Part shown: one piece after another, positions 20,979 to 31,444 of the stretch
How the letters are laid out: each line of letters opens with the position of its first letter
Position numbering within the stretch: position 1 is the first letter of the stretch
NCBI GenBank assembly: GCA_964619545.1
Contig: CAZUED010000001.1
Coordinates: forward strand, 49,898 to 113,897
Source: an uncultured Muribaculaceae bacterium
GTDB lineage: Bacteria; Pseudomonadota; Alphaproteobacteria; Rs-D84
Direction: 5' to 3'
Length of the DNA: 64,000 bases
Notes under the pieces: generated by a model
Told to the model about the DNA's origin: nothing
Seen by the model: only the letters and a program-made list of their open reading frames with translations
Database searches by the model: none
Position numbers and translations under genes: made by a program

Positions 20979-21542
20979 ATGATCGGCAAATTGCAAGGGA
21001 TTGTTGATTATATCGGCGATGACTTCGTTATAATCATGACGGGCGGTTTGGGTTATAAAGTATTTACCCCAGCACGTCTTTGTGTTGGTCAACCAGCAAC
21101 GTTTTGGGTTGAAACTATTGTGCGTGAAGATTCTTTCCGTTTGTTTGGTTTTCAAAGTTTGGCCGAACAAGATTTATTTAATAAACTGATTTGTGTCAGT
21201 GGTGTGGGGCCCAAAGTTGCAATAAACATTATTGGTGTGCTGCGACCAGAAGTATTAATGACGGCAATTCAATGTGGAGATGCGAAAACAATAACCGCTG
21301 CACCAGGGGTTGGCAAGAAGGTTGCTGAAAAGATTATTCTAGAATTAAAAGGTAAATGTGCTGACTTTAACATTCAGGGCCAATCTGTAAATAACACGCT
21401 CGGTGATTTGCTGGCTGCGCTGGAATCTTTGGGGTATCGGCGTGTTGATGTGGCAGAATTAACACAACGCTTGGTCCGTGAAAATCCTGGCAGTGATACA
21501 GGGGATTTGGTCAGATTGGCATTAAAAGAGATTACAAAATAA
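20979..21542 (+). CDS. ruvA: Holliday-junction DNA helicase subunit RuvA
   Basis: MIGKLQGIVDYIGDDFVIIMTGGLGYKV and HhH repeats VSGVGPKVAINI / APGVGKKVAEKII. Confidence 0.9.
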   Translation: MIGKLQGIVDYIGDDFVIIMTGGLGYKVFTPARLCVGQPATFWVETIVREDSFRLFGFQSLAEQDLFNKLICVSGVGPKVAINIIGVLRPEVLMTAIQCGDAKTITAAPGVGKKVAEKIILELKGKCADFNIQGQSVNNTLGDLLAALESLGYRRVDVAELTQRLVRENPGSDTGDLVRLALKEITK

Positions 21543-22850
21543 ATGGCCGAAACAATTTTTGCATTATCTTCGGGGCAAGGAAAAGCAGGCGTTGCTGTTG
21601 TGCGCGTCAGTGGTTCTGATTTATCTGAATTATTTAATAAAATCAGAAATCGTGATTATCAAATAAAAAATCGTTATGCATATCTGGCAGATTTAGTGGA
21701 TAAAAATGGTGACTTGATAGATAAAGCAATTGCGATTTATTTTTCTGCGCCAAATTCTTTTACTGGCGAAGATGTTGTTGAATTTCATGTTCATGGCGCG
21801 CAGCCGGTTATAGAAAAACTTTTTTCAACACTTACCGAATATGGCGCGCGCATGGCGCAGCCTGGTGAATTTTCCAGACGCGCTTTTGATAATAATAAAA
21901 TGGATTTGGTCGAGGCTGATGGTTTGTGCTCTCTTTTAGATGCTCGCACAGATCGTCAGCGCATTGCAGCATTAAAATCTATGGCCGGCAGCGACAGCGC
22001 GGTTTATGAAAATTGGCGTGCCCAGATGGTTGAAATTTCTGCCTATGCTGCTGCTATTTTAGATTATCCAGCAGATGAATTACCCAATAACATTGCTGAA
22101 AAATTATTAAATCAGACAATTAAATTACATCAAGAAATCTCTGCCGCTTTATCCAAGAATGCGGCTGTTCGCGCGCTGCGCAGTGGTTTTAACATTGCGA
22201 TAGTTGGACCGGTGAATGCTGGAAAGTCTTCGCTTTTTAATCGTATTTTGGGTCAATCGCGTGCTATTGTAAGTGATGTGCCGGGTACAACTCGAGACGT
22301 TGTTTCTGCAGAACTGGATATAGACGGATACTTTGTTCGCATTGCAGATACTGCGGGCTTGCGTGAAACCAAAGACGCAATTGAGAAAATAGGAATTGCG
22401 CGCGCGAACGATGAAATACAAAATGCAGACTTGGTTTTAAGAGTGCAAAGTGCAGAGTGCGAAGTTCAAAACCTGGATAAAAATAACGAAATAATAATTA
22501 TAAATAAATCGGATTTACTTCAGCTTTCAAACTTAAAACCCCATCAGTCAATTGTTTATGTTTCTGCTTTGACGGGGCAGGGAATAGATGATTTATTAAA
22601 TTTAGTAAAAGAAAAAATACATAAAATGTTGGATGGTGCTGAATCTGACATCGCTGTGAACGAACGCGCCAAAGGCCATTTAATCGCAGCCCAGCAAGAA
22701 TTAGCAATTGCAATAAAAAAAATAGAAAACATCGATTTATTTGCCGAACATATTCGCCGCAGCGCAGATGAAATTGGTCAAATACTTGGTGTAATCAATG
22801 CATCTGAAATTTCAGATGCTGTGTTTGGTCGTCTGTGTTTGGGCAAATAA
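21543..22850 (+). CDS. mnmE: tRNA modification GTPase MnmE
   Basis: TIFALSSGQGKAGVAVVRVSG, G-domain GPVNAGKSSLFN, DTAGLRE, NKSD, and the C-terminal CLGK. Confidence 0.93.
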   Translation: MAETIFALSSGQGKAGVAVVRVSGSDLSELFNKIRNRDYQIKNRYAYLADLVDKNGDLIDKAIAIYFSAPNSFTGEDVVEFHVHGAQPVIEKLFSTLTEYGARMAQPGEFSRRAFDNNKMDLVEADGLCSLLDARTDRQRIAALKSMAGSDSAVYENWRAQMVEISAYAAAILDYPADELPNNIAEKLLNQTIKLHQEISAALSKNAAVRALRSGFNIAIVGPVNAGKSSLFNRILGQSRAIVSDVPGTTRDVVSAELDIDGYFVRIADTAGLRETKDAIEKIGIARANDEIQNADLVLRVQSAECEVQNLDKNNEIIIINKSDLLQLSNLKPHQSIVYVSALTGQGIDDLLNLVKEKIHKMLDGAESDIAVNERAKGHLIAAQQELAIAIKKIENIDLFAEHIRRSADEIGQILGVINASEISDAVFGRLCLGK

Positions 22851-22858
22851 AACCCGTA

Positions 22859-23107
22859 TTATATTTTATTTTTTGCTTTCCATTTAATACGCGCATGCAC
22901 GCCATTGCAAAATGGTTTGTTACCACTGGCTCCGCATCGGCACAATGCCACCGGGTCACTTTTTATTTCAAAGCTTTTACCATTGCCGTATTTTACGCTG
23001 ATGCCGTTTTCATCAGTCAGAATGATTTTTTCGCTGATTTTATTTGCTCCAAAAAGTAGATAAGGGCCATTCTTGGTTATCTTTATGTATGGAATCATTT
23101 TCGTCAC
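22859..23107 (-). CDS. CDGSH-type iron-sulfur domain protein
   Basis: CRCGASGNKPFCNGVH matches the C-x-C-x2-S-x3-P-x-C-D-G-x-H signature. Confidence 0.7.
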   Translation of the reverse strand: MTKMIPYIKITKNGPYLLFGANKISEKIILTDENGISVKYGNGKSFEIKSDPVALCRCGASGNKPFCNGVHARIKWKAKNKI

Positions 23108-23158
23108 CCATTTTTTATTATTTTATGATAAAATTGTAGGTAAAGGAATAGGAAAAAT

Positions 23159-24373
23159 ATGGCATCGGAAAAATACATATCCATGAAGGAATCGCTGACA
23201 GGATTTTCGTTTGCGAACCTCGGTCTTTTTTATGGGTTTGGTAACTCGGTTATAGGGGCTGTTTACGCGTTGGTTTTAATGGACATTTTCCATAACAGCT
23301 CTATTGTTGGTGTTTATACATCCTTGTCTTATGGTCTGGTTATGCTGCTGACACTTACAACCAGTGAATTTTTCCGCCGATTTACAAAAACAAGAATTTT
23401 TTATTCTTCAATGTTGGTGGCTGGGGTATTTTCGTTTATGATGGCATTTTCAGTCAAACCATTAACTTTTATTGTTCTGGACCAAGTTTCTTGGCTGCCA
23501 TGGTTACTTATTGGTGCATCTATACCATTATTTTTATCTGATTTTTCCAAGGGGCCTGGTATGGACAGACTAAGCAGTCGTTATTATACTTGGTTGAACA
23601 TAGGTTCGGCTATTGCCCCAATAATTGCAATGTTTGTTGCAGAAAGATATGGAAACAGGTCAGCTTATTTTATAGCAAGCGCGGTAATGTTTGCGGGATT
23701 GTTATATTTCAGCAGTTACAGGTTGGTATCACAAGACAAGCCTATTAAAAAATTGATACCACGCAGAACTTTGCGCAGTATTTTAAATAACATTCGCATA
23801 TATTTTAGAAATGCTGGTTTGCGTAAGGCATATTTGATAAATTGCGGTTACTATGCTTTATCAATCATATCCAACATTTATATGCCAATCATAATAGTTG
23901 AAGAAAATGGATTTTCAAAAGAAACGTTAGGATTTGTTTTGGCAGCATGCACGGTGCCATATATTCTGATGGCAACATTAATGCCTATAATTGCGAAAAA
24001 ATTCGGCAAGAAAATTTGTATATCCGCCGGATTTCTCATATTTGCGGCGCTTGCAATAATGGGCTTTTTTGCAAAAGGTTACGCGTTGCTGATTATATTT
24101 GTAGCATGGAATTTTGCAGTTGCAATGATAGAGCCATTACGAGATCTGTTATTTTTTGATTCCGTAAATAAATCACAAGCTTCACGATTTATCGGAATTT
24201 TCAATACTGGCGATAATGTTCCCCGATTCATATTCCCAATGATATGTGCAGCCGTTATTGCCTTGACTGGGGTAACCAGTTTTGTTTTGTTGGTTTCGGC
24301 CAGTGTTGCAATCTTGGCCGCTTTGGTAATGATGGCTCCGAACGAGCGTGATAAAAACTCTATATCAAAATAG
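23159..24373 (+). CDS. MFS-type transporter
   Basis: ~12 predicted hydrophobic helices with a short loop between TM2 and TM3; 404 aa. Confidence 0.6.
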   Translation: MASEKYISMKESLTGFSFANLGLFYGFGNSVIGAVYALVLMDIFHNSSIVGVYTSLSYGLVMLLTLTTSEFFRRFTKTRIFYSSMLVAGVFSFMMAFSVKPLTFIVLDQVSWLPWLLIGASIPLFLSDFSKGPGMDRLSSRYYTWLNIGSAIAPIIAMFVAERYGNRSAYFIASAVMFAGLLYFSSYRLVSQDKPIKKLIPRRTLRSILNNIRIYFRNAGLRKAYLINCGYYALSIISNIYMPIIIVEENGFSKETLGFVLAACTVPYILMATLMPIIAKKFGKKICISAGFLIFAALAIMGFFAKGYALLIIFVAWNFAVAMIEPLRDLLFFDSVNKSQASRFIGIFNTGDNVPRFIFPMICAAVIALTGVTSFVLLVSASVAILAALVMMAPNERDKNSISK

Positions 24374-24431
24374 CTGTTGATAAAATTTGTTAAAATTGCT
24401 AGCCTGAGGCCATGAAATAAAGGAGATTTTT

Positions 24432-25499
24432 ATGGCAAAAAAGGAAGCCGTGAAAGAGGTATCAAAACCCGTTAAAAACCCCGCGCTGGATGCGGCATTG
24501 GCCCAGATACAAAAGCAGTTCGGCAAAGAAGCGATTATGAAAATGGGCGATGGTTCCCAGCAAAATATAGAAGCTATTTCATCTGGCAGTCTGGGGTTGG
24601 ACATTGCGCTGGGTATTGGCGGCTATCCCAAGGGACGTATAGTTGAAATTTATGGTCCAGAAAGCTCTGGCAAAACAACATTGGCATTGCATGCGGTTGC
24701 CGAGGCGCAAAAGAAAGGTGGTACTTGCGCATATATTGATGCTGAAAATGCGCTGGACCCCAGCTATGCAAGAAAGTTAGGTGTGGATGTTGCAAACCTG
24801 ATTATTTCCCAACCAGATTCTGGCGAACAAGCATTGGAAATTGCCGATACTTTGATTAAATCTGGGGCGGTTGATGTTGTGGTTGTCGATTCTGTTGCGG
24901 CATTGGTGACCAAGGCAGAATTAGAAGGCAATATGGGCGACAGCTATGTTGGAACAACTGCGCGTTTGATGTCGCAATCATTAAAAAAATTATCCGGAAG
25001 CGTTTCCCGCAGCAATACATTGATGATTTTTATCAATCAGATTCGTATGAAGATTGGTGTTATGTTTGGTAATCCTGAAACTACATCTGGTGGTAATGCA
25101 TTAAAGTTCTATGCATCTGTCCGCTTGGACATTCGCCGCACTGGTGCGATTAAGGATAAAGAGGATGTAGTTGGAAATGAAACCAGGGTCAAGGTTGTTA
25201 AAAACAAAGTTGCGCCACCTTTCCGCACGGTTGATTTCAAGATTATGTATGGCGAAGGAATTTCGCGCGTCTCAGAAATCTTGGATATGGGCGTAAAGAT
25301 GAATCTGATTGAAAAAGCTGGTTCTTTCTATTCTTATAATTCTGAACGCATTGGTCAGGGCGAGGCTAATGCGCGCCAATGGTTAAAAGATAATGTGGAT
25401 GTTCAAAAAGAATTGCTGGATAAAATTATGGCAAAGTCTGCAGGCATAGCCGAAGAAATGACAACCGGTCCAGAACCCGAGGACGACATTGCGGAATAG
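24432..25499 (+). CDS. recA: Recombinase A
   Basis: [31 protein letters not shown], the L2 loop, and the acidic C-terminus. Confidence 0.97.
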   Translation: MAKKEAVKEVSKPVKNPALDAALAQIQKQFGKEAIMKMGDGSQQNIEAISSGSLGLDIALGIGGYPKGRIVEIYGPESSGKTTLALHAVAEAQKKGGTCAYIDAENALDPSYARKLGVDVANLIISQPDSGEQALEIADTLIKSGAVDVVVVDSVAALVTKAELEGNMGDSYVGTTARLMSQSLKKLSGSVSRSNTLMIFINQIRMKIGVMFGNPETTSGGNALKFYASVRLDIRRTGAIKDKEDVVGNETRVKVVKNKVAPPFRTVDFKIMYGEGISRVSEILDMGVKMNLIEKAGSFYSYNSERIGQGEANARQWLKDNVDVQKELLDKIMAKSAGIAEEMTTGPEPEDDIAE

Positions 25500-25501
25500 T
25501 C

Positions 25502-26146
25502 ATGAAAATTAAAAATATATTCTGGGATGTAGATGGAGTTTTGGCAGATCTGAACTTTGCGTATTTTAATTTCTTGAAAAATCATCCAAACTATCGGGAA
25601 ATTTTCAAGGATTTACAATACAAGGATTTGCCAAAGGCTTTACCGGTTTTGCCGAAATATGGCGCTATGGAATTAAAGACTCATCCGACACTGGGCAACC
25701 AGATGGATTATGATTTTTGCCATAGTTCCCAGTTCTTTAATAACCGACCCCTTTACACAGATGTAATTGATACTTTGCAGGAATTAAATCGTCGCGGAAT
25801 ACGGCAAATTACAGCCAGTGCGACCTTTGATGTTTCTGCAAAAACAAAATTGTTAAAGCAGTTGTTTCAAGACGCACCTTTTTTGGATATAGAATGTGTG
25901 CAGCATGGAAAATTTATGTCTGACACTGCAAAAGAGGATTTATTAAAATTCTGCTGTGAAAAATATAAATTAAATCCATCGGAATCGGTCTTGGTAGATG
26001 ACAGAATTTATAATCTGCCCGCAGCATTAAACATTGGAATGCATGCGATTCGTATGCGCAGTGAATTTACAACTGATTCTCCGGCCGAATTTGCAAACAT
26101 TCCAGAGATAAAAACAACATCAGAAATTTTGGAGATTATAGAATGA
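25502..26146 (+). CDS. HAD-superfamily hydrolase, 5'(3')-deoxyribonucleotidase (NT5C)-like
   Basis: Motif I FWDVDGVLAD at the N-terminus, and a later VLVDDR (motif IV-like). Confidence 0.45.
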   Translation: MKIKNIFWDVDGVLADLNFAYFNFLKNHPNYREIFKDLQYKDLPKALPVLPKYGAMELKTHPTLGNQMDYDFCHSSQFFNNRPLYTDVIDTLQELNRRGIRQITASATFDVSAKTKLLKQLFQDAPFLDIECVQHGKFMSDTAKEDLLKFCCEKYKLNPSESVLVDDRIYNLPAALNIGMHAIRMRSEFTTDSPAEFANIPEIKTTSEILEIIE

Positions 26147-26898
26147 AAACTTGCGTAATAATTCCATGCCGCGCTGGATCCGAAAGGTTGGCAAAAAAAC
26201 ACCTGGCCGACATCAATGGAAAATCTTTGATGCGCCGCGTTTATGAGGTGGTTGCGGCCCAGTTTAATCCGACTGATATTTTTATTGCAGTTGATAATGA
26301 TGAATATTTTGACCATGCGCGCAGCTTTGGCGCAAACGCTGTTATGACAGATGTAAATTGTCCATCTGGCACAGACCGCATAGCACAGGCATTGGATACG
26401 ATTGATCCGCTGGGCGACAAATATGATTTTGTTATAAATTTCCAAGGCGATGACGTAAACGTAAATCCAAAGATAAGTCAGAATTTAGCGCAAATTTTGG
26501 AAAAAACAGGTGCAGATTTAGCAACCGTCGTTCAACCAATTTCGGATGAAAATATGATTATGAATCCATCAGTTGTAAAGACCGCGATAGTTCAATCAAC
26601 TGGACGTTGCTTGTATTTTTCACGCAGTCCGATTCCTTTCAATCGCGCGGTGGGATGCATCGACAAAGCTTTTTGGCATATTGGAATGTATGCGTATAAC
26701 CTGAAATCTTTGCGAAAATTTGTTTCATTACCGGTTGGTGAATTAGAACAAACCGAAAAACTGGAACAACTGAGATTCCTGGAAAACGGAATGAGTATTT
26801 TTGCCGAAATTTTAGATGATACTCGTATTGATGCGCGCGCACCAGCAGATGTAAACACACCAGAAGACCTGGAAGAAATAAGGAAGTTTATAAAATGA
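26143..26898 (+). CDS. kdsB: 3-deoxy-manno-octulosonate cytidylyltransferase (CMP-Kdo synthetase)
   Basis: VIIPCRAGSERLAKKHLADINGKSLMRRV and a later GDD/QGDD motif. Confidence 0.85.
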   Translation: MKTCVIIPCRAGSERLAKKHLADINGKSLMRRVYEVVAAQFNPTDIFIAVDNDEYFDHARSFGANAVMTDVNCPSGTDRIAQALDTIDPLGDKYDFVINFQGDDVNVNPKISQNLAQILEKTGADLATVVQPISDENMIMNPSVVKTAIVQSTGRCLYFSRSPIPFNRAVGCIDKAFWHIGMYAYNLKSLRKFVSLPVGELEQTEKLEQLRFLENGMSIFAEILDDTRIDARAPADVNTPEDLEEIRKFIK

Positions 26899-27731
26899 AA
26901 CACGTAAAAATTTCAGATAAAATTATTTTTGGAAATGATTTGCCATTTGTTTTAATTGCAGGACCTTGTGCAATGGAATCGCGCGACCATGCAATGTTTA
27001 TGGCAGAAAGCCTGATTAAAATTACCGATAAATTGGGAATACCATTTGTATTCAAAACCAGTTTTGATAAAGCAAACAGAACATCATTATCATCGGGACG
27101 TGGCGCAGGATTGGATTATGCTATGTCGGTATTTGATGAAATTCATGAAAAACTGGGATGTGCTTGTATAACAGACATTCATTTGCCGGCTCAGGCAGAC
27201 ATTGTTGCACCGCACGTTGATATGTTGCAAATTCCAGCTTTCTTGGCGCGCCAGACAGATTTGCTGGTTGCCGCTGCAAAAACTGGGAAACCGGTTAATG
27301 TTAAAAAACCTCAATGGTCTGCGCCAGCCGACATGAAGTCTACATTGGGCAAAATGTATGATTCTGGAAATCAAAACATTTTGCTGTGTGAACGCGGCAC
27401 CAGTTTTGGCTATAACAATTTTGTTGTTGATATGCGCAGCATTCCATGGATGTCTGCATTGGACGCGCCAGTCGTAATTGATGCAACGCACGGAATACAA
27501 CAGCCTGCATCCAGTGGATGCACCAGTGGTGGTGACAGACGCCTTGCCCCGGTTATTGCACGCGCAGCATTGGCAATTGGAGTTGCGGGTGTATTTACCG
27601 AAGTGCATGATAATCCAGAAATTGCGCCTTGTGATGGACCAAATATGATTAATCTTTCAGATATGGAAAATCAATTGCGTGTTTGGAAAGAACTTGATGC
27701 AATCGCAAAAGAAAATCTTATAAAGTTATAA
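26895..27731 (+). CDS. kdsA: 2-dehydro-3-deoxyphosphooctonate aldolase (Kdo8P synthase)
   Basis: FVLIAGPCAMES, KTSFDKANRTS, and C-terminal DATHG / FTEVHDNP. Confidence 0.9.
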   Translation: MKHVKISDKIIFGNDLPFVLIAGPCAMESRDHAMFMAESLIKITDKLGIPFVFKTSFDKANRTSLSSGRGAGLDYAMSVFDEIHEKLGCACITDIHLPAQADIVAPHVDMLQIPAFLARQTDLLVAAAKTGKPVNVKKPQWSAPADMKSTLGKMYDSGNQNILLCERGTSFGYNNFVVDMRSIPWMSALDAPVVIDATHGIQQPASSGCTSGGDRRLAPVIARAALAIGVAGVFTEVHDNPEIAPCDGPNMINLSDMENQLRVWKELDAIAKENLIKL

Positions 27732-27734
27732 AAA

Positions 27735-27762
27735 ATGCCGATATAAATTATCGGCATTTTTT
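27735..27762. terminator. Bidirectional terminator between kdsA (+) and typA (-)
   Basis: atgccgataa / ttatcggcat inverted repeat followed by TTTTT; A-run on the other side. Confidence 0.6.
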
Positions 27763-27766
27763 CTTT

Positions 27767-29596
27767 TTAGTTCTTTCTTGTTTTCTTACGCAAAGTTGAA
27801 TCTAACTCTTTCTTGCGCAATCTGATTGTTTGAGGCGTAACCTCTACCAATTCATCGTCTTGGATATAAGACAAGGCTTCTTCCAATGAAATACGACGCG
27901 GTGGGGCCAAGAATAATTTTTCATCAGCAGTAACACTGCGCATGTTTGTCAGTTCTTTACCCTTTATTGGATTAACCTCTAAATCATTTTCTTTGCTGTG
28001 TTCACCAATAATCATTCCGCTGTAGACCAGGGTCTGGGGCTCGATAAACAAAGTTCCACGTGGCTGCAAATTAAACAAAGCATAGGTTGCGGCTGCGCCA
28101 TTTTCCATAGAAACCAAGACCCCTGGCCGATATGCTTCTATATCGCCGCGATAAAAATCATATTTATCAAATATACGATTCATAATTCCTGTTCCACGAG
28201 TATCGGTTCTGAACTCGGATAAATAACCAATCAATCCACGAGATGGAGCAGAAAAAGTGATACGAGTTTTCCCAACACCAGATGGTTTCATTTCGGTAAT
28301 CATACCTTTGCGCTTGGTCATTTTTTCAATAACAATGCCGGAAAATTCATCATCAACATCAATAACAACATCCTCGATTGGTTCCAGATCATTGTCATTT
28401 TCATCTTTATGAAATACAACACGGGGGCGGGATACAGAAAGCTCAAAACCCTCGCGACGCATTGTTTCAATCAAAATTCCCAATTGTAATTCACCACGAC
28501 CAGATACTTCGAAAGATTCATTGTTTGCGCTTTGCACAACGCGCAATGCGATGTTTGTTTCTGCTTCTTTAAATAATCTTTCGCCAATCATACGGCTGGT
28601 CAATTTTTTACCGCCGCTGCGCCCGGCCAACGGGCTGGTATTCACAAAGAATGTCATGGTCAACGTTGGTGGATCTATTGGTAATGCATCAATAGGCTCA
28701 GTTACTGATGGATCGCAAAGTGTATCAGCAACGGTTGCCTTACTAAACCCGGCAATAACAACGATGTCACCAGCGCTGGCGGTTTCCAGTGATACTTTTT
28801 CTATACCGCGATGTTCAATAATTTTTGTTATTTTGGCGTTTTCAATAAATTCACCCTTCATATTTATTGCTTTGACTGCTTGCCCCACGCGCACCGTGCC
28901 GGATTCAATTTTTCCAGTCAAAATTCTGCCTACATACGGGTCAGCTTCCAGTGTTGTTGCCAGCATACGGAAAGGCGCATTGATTTCGCACTTGCCAGAT
29001 GTTCCGCAATCAGGCGCAGGCACATGGTCAATAATAAGTTGGAACAAAGGTGTTAAATCTTTATGTTCATCGGTCATTTCGCGGACTGCCCAACCATCGC
29101 GTCCCACAGCATACAAGTATGGAAAATCTAATTGTGCATCTGTCGCACCAAGTTTATCAAAAAGATCGAAAGTTTCGCTTAAAACTTCATCAGCGCGGGC
29201 ATCCTGTCTATCAACTTTGTTAATGCAAACAATAGGACGCAGACCCAATTTTAATGCCTTGGACAAAACAAATTTAGTCTGGGGCAGGGGGCCTTCGGAT
29301 GAATCGACCAGCAATACCACACCATCAACCATACTTAAAATACGTTCAACTTCGCCGCCAAAGTCAGCGTGCCCGGGCGTGTCCACGATGTTGATTTTAT
29401 AGTCTTTCCACAGAACACTGGTTGGTTTTGCAGAAATAGTAATTCCGCGTTCGCGCTCTATGTCGCCGCTGTCCATTACACGTTCGGCCACACGCTCGTT
29501 CTCGCGGAAGGTTCCCGCCTGTTTCAGCATATTATCAACCAGGGTGGTTTTTCCGTGATCAACGTGTGCGATAATTGCTATATTTCTGATTTTCAT
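27767..29596 (-). CDS. typA: Ribosome-associated translational GTPase TypA/BipA
   Basis: IRNIAIIAHVDHGKTTLVD ... ERVMDSGDIERERGITI; 609 aa (LepA has a different N-terminus). Confidence 0.9.
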   Translation of the reverse strand: MKIRNIAIIAHVDHGKTTLVDNMLKQAGTFRENERVAERVMDSGDIERERGITISAKPTSVLWKDYKINIVDTPGHADFGGEVERILSMVDGVVLLVDSSEGPLPQTKFVLSKALKLGLRPIVCINKVDRQDARADEVLSETFDLFDKLGATDAQLDFPYLYAVGRDGWAVREMTDEHKDLTPLFQLIIDHVPAPDCGTSGKCEINAPFRMLATTLEADPYVGRILTGKIESGTVRVGQAVKAINMKGEFIENAKITKIIEHRGIEKVSLETASAGDIVVIAGFSKATVADTLCDPSVTEPIDALPIDPPTLTMTFFVNTSPLAGRSGGKKLTSRMIGERLFKEAETNIALRVVQSANNESFEVSGRGELQLGILIETMRREGFELSVSRPRVVFHKDENDNDLEPIEDVVIDVDDEFSGIVIEKMTKRKGMITEMKPSGVGKTRITFSAPSRGLIGYLSEFRTDTRGTGIMNRIFDKYDFYRGDIEAYRPGVLVSMENGAAATYALFNLQPRGTLFIEPQTLVYSGMIIGEHSKENDLEVNPIKGKELTNMRSVTADEKLFLAPPRRISLEEALSYIQDDELVEVTPQTIRLRKKELDSTLRKKTRKN

Positions 29597-29673
29597 TTTG
29601 GCTTTCTTATGGTTGTAAATTCTTGTGCGCCGCGCATGTTACAGCAAAAAATATGAGTTTTCAAGCAGATATA

Positions 29674-29705
29674 CAAAAAAATCCGGCATCGCCGGATTTG
29701 TTTTT
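29674..29705 (-). terminator. Rho-independent terminator downstream of serS (atccggc-atc-gccggat with T-run on the reverse strand)
   Basis: Inverted repeat flanked by an A-run (T-run on the minus strand). Confidence 0.55.
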
Positions 29706-29717
29706 GTTTCGCGCCTT

Positions 29718-31001
29718 TTATCCGCCTATCTTTTTACGTCCACCCATAAGCGGTTGCAAAGCCCGTGGTATGTTTACACTGCCGTCTGCATTTTGATGGT
29801 TTTCAATAACTGGAACGATTGCACGGGGTAGTGCGATACCTGTGTTGTTCAAGGTTGCGCAAAATTTGACTTCGTTTGTGCCATTTTCGCGATAGCGGGT
29901 GTTCGTTCTGCGTGCTTGAAATCCGCCAATGGACGAGCAGCTGCCAAGTTCGCGATAACGACCTTCGCTGGGGACCCATGCCTCGACATCATTCATTTTA
30001 ACCTTGTTAAATCCCATGTCGCCAGTGCAGCATTCCAGAACGCGATAAGGCAATTCCAAATCAGTCATGATTTCGCACAGGTTATTTAACAAAAGTTCAT
30101 GCATTTCCTCGGATTGTTCAGGTGTACAATAAACATATTGTTCAACCTTGTGGAATTGATGAATTCGCATAATTCCGCGAGTATCACGACCGGCCGCGCC
30201 AGCTTCTTTGCGAAAGCATTCGCTGAATCCAGCATATTTAATTGGCAACTCTTTTTCTGCCAAAATTTCATTGCTGTGCAATGAATTCAGAACAATTTCC
30301 GCAGTTCCACCCAAGCATCTATCAAAACCAGCCAGGCCAAAAACATCATTTTCCATAACAGATGGATTGCTGCCCATAAAGTGTCCGGCATCAAAAATTG
30401 GTTTTGTTTTTACGATTGCTGGAACATGGATAAATTTGAATCCTTTGGCAATCAGTTTTTGTATAACAAAGGTTTGTATCGCCAAATCCAATTCGGCCGC
30501 TTCGCCAATCAAAGCATAAGTTCTGGTGCCGCAAATTTCAGAAATTTTTTCCGGCATCCACCAACCATTTATATCCAACAATTCCCATTGAGGACGCGGT
30601 GTAAATCCAGAAAATTCACGCGCGTTACCAACGCGTTTAACTTCTGTATTGGCGCTTTCGTCAATACCTTGTGGTACATTGTCGCTGGGAATTTGTGGAA
30701 CAGACAAAAGTAATTCATTCAGATTGGATTCTGCTGTCGCCAATTCTTGTAATTCATCTGCAATTTGTTCGCTGATTTTCTTTGACTGGGCAACCAAGTC
30801 ACCGCGAGTGTCAGCACTGGCACTTGCAATTTGTGCAGTGATTTTATTTTTTTCAGCGGTTTGTGCCTGGGTGTTGGTTTTTAATGTACGAACACGTGTG
30901 TCCAGTTCCAAAATAGTATCGGTATTATCTTCAAACCCTTTGACCCGGCAGGCCCATTTTACTTTTTCAGGATTTTCGCGAATAAATTTTATGTCCAGCA
31001 T
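29718..31001 (-). CDS. serS: Seryl-tRNA synthetase
   Basis: MLDIKFIRENPEKV N-terminal coiled-coil arm and class II motifs (RE.GAAGRDTRGIMRIHQF, GSGLA-like). Confidence 0.95.
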   Translation of the reverse strand: MLDIKFIRENPEKVKWACRVKGFEDNTDTILELDTRVRTLKTNTQAQTAEKNKITAQIASASADTRGDLVAQSKKISEQIADELQELATAESNLNELLLSVPQIPSDNVPQGIDESANTEVKRVGNAREFSGFTPRPQWELLDINGWWMPEKISEICGTRTYALIGEAAELDLAIQTFVIQKLIAKGFKFIHVPAIVKTKPIFDAGHFMGSNPSVMENDVFGLAGFDRCLGGTAEIVLNSLHSNEILAEKELPIKYAGFSECFRKEAGAAGRDTRGIMRIHQFHKVEQYVYCTPEQSEEMHELLLNNLCEIMTDLELPYRVLECCTGDMGFNKVKMNDVEAWVPSEGRYRELGSCSSIGGFQARRTNTRYRENGTNEVKFCATLNNTGIALPRAIVPVIENHQNADGSVNIPRALQPLMGGRKKIGG

Positions 31002-31010
31002 AAAGCCCCC

Positions 31011-31304
31011 CTATAATTGTGAAATGAAATCAGGAAATCCGTTATCGTCGTCATCCATTTTTTCTTCGGTTTCTGGTGCAATTGCACTTTTATCTCGAGG
31101 ATCACGACTGGTATCTATTTTGCATTGTTCTTCATTTACAATACGGCCATAATGCTCGGCCATTTGAAGAATACGCTCGCGTTCGACCGCATCTGGAGTT
31201 TGACGTGCCTGATCCATGTATTGTTTGCGTCTTTGACGCCAACGATGGCAACGCTGAATCATAAGTCCAACGGACATTTGTTTTTTATTAGTATTGTTTT
31301 GCAT
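31011..31304 (-). CDS. DUF4167-like small basic protein
   Basis: Starts MQNNTNKKQ with an R/K-rich stretch and ERERILQMAEHYGR, resembling the alphaproteobacterial DUF4167 family. The tracked ORF extends upstream to 31511 but the SD and start are unclear. Confidence 0.35.
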   Translation of the reverse strand: MQNNTNKKQMSVGLMIQRCHRWRQRRKQYMDQARQTPDAVERERILQMAEHYGRIVNEEQCKIDTSRDPRDKSAIAPETEEKMDDDDNGFPDFISQL

Positions 31305-31444
31305 TTTGTTTCTTTTTATAAAGGTGGAAATAACCGCAAGAAATCTATTAAATGCCTTGCTCTGGTGACATTTTACACTGCATGAAAACCGATTGCAATA
31401 ATTTTTTTTTCTGATTATTATACCCCGTGTAGGAGGGATGTTTT

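Noticed and set aside
28521-29402. 293-aa ORF antisense to typA
   Set aside because: Ser/Ala-rich with no domain signature; the opposite strand encodes a highly conserved GTPase. This is a typical shadow ORF.
30649-31152. 167-aa ORF antisense to serS, along with other 100+ aa shadow ORFs (36448..37083, 50656..51264, 59413..59919, 60038..60508, 62446..63235)
   Set aside because: All lie antisense to genes with strong family signatures and have no start signals or motifs of their own.
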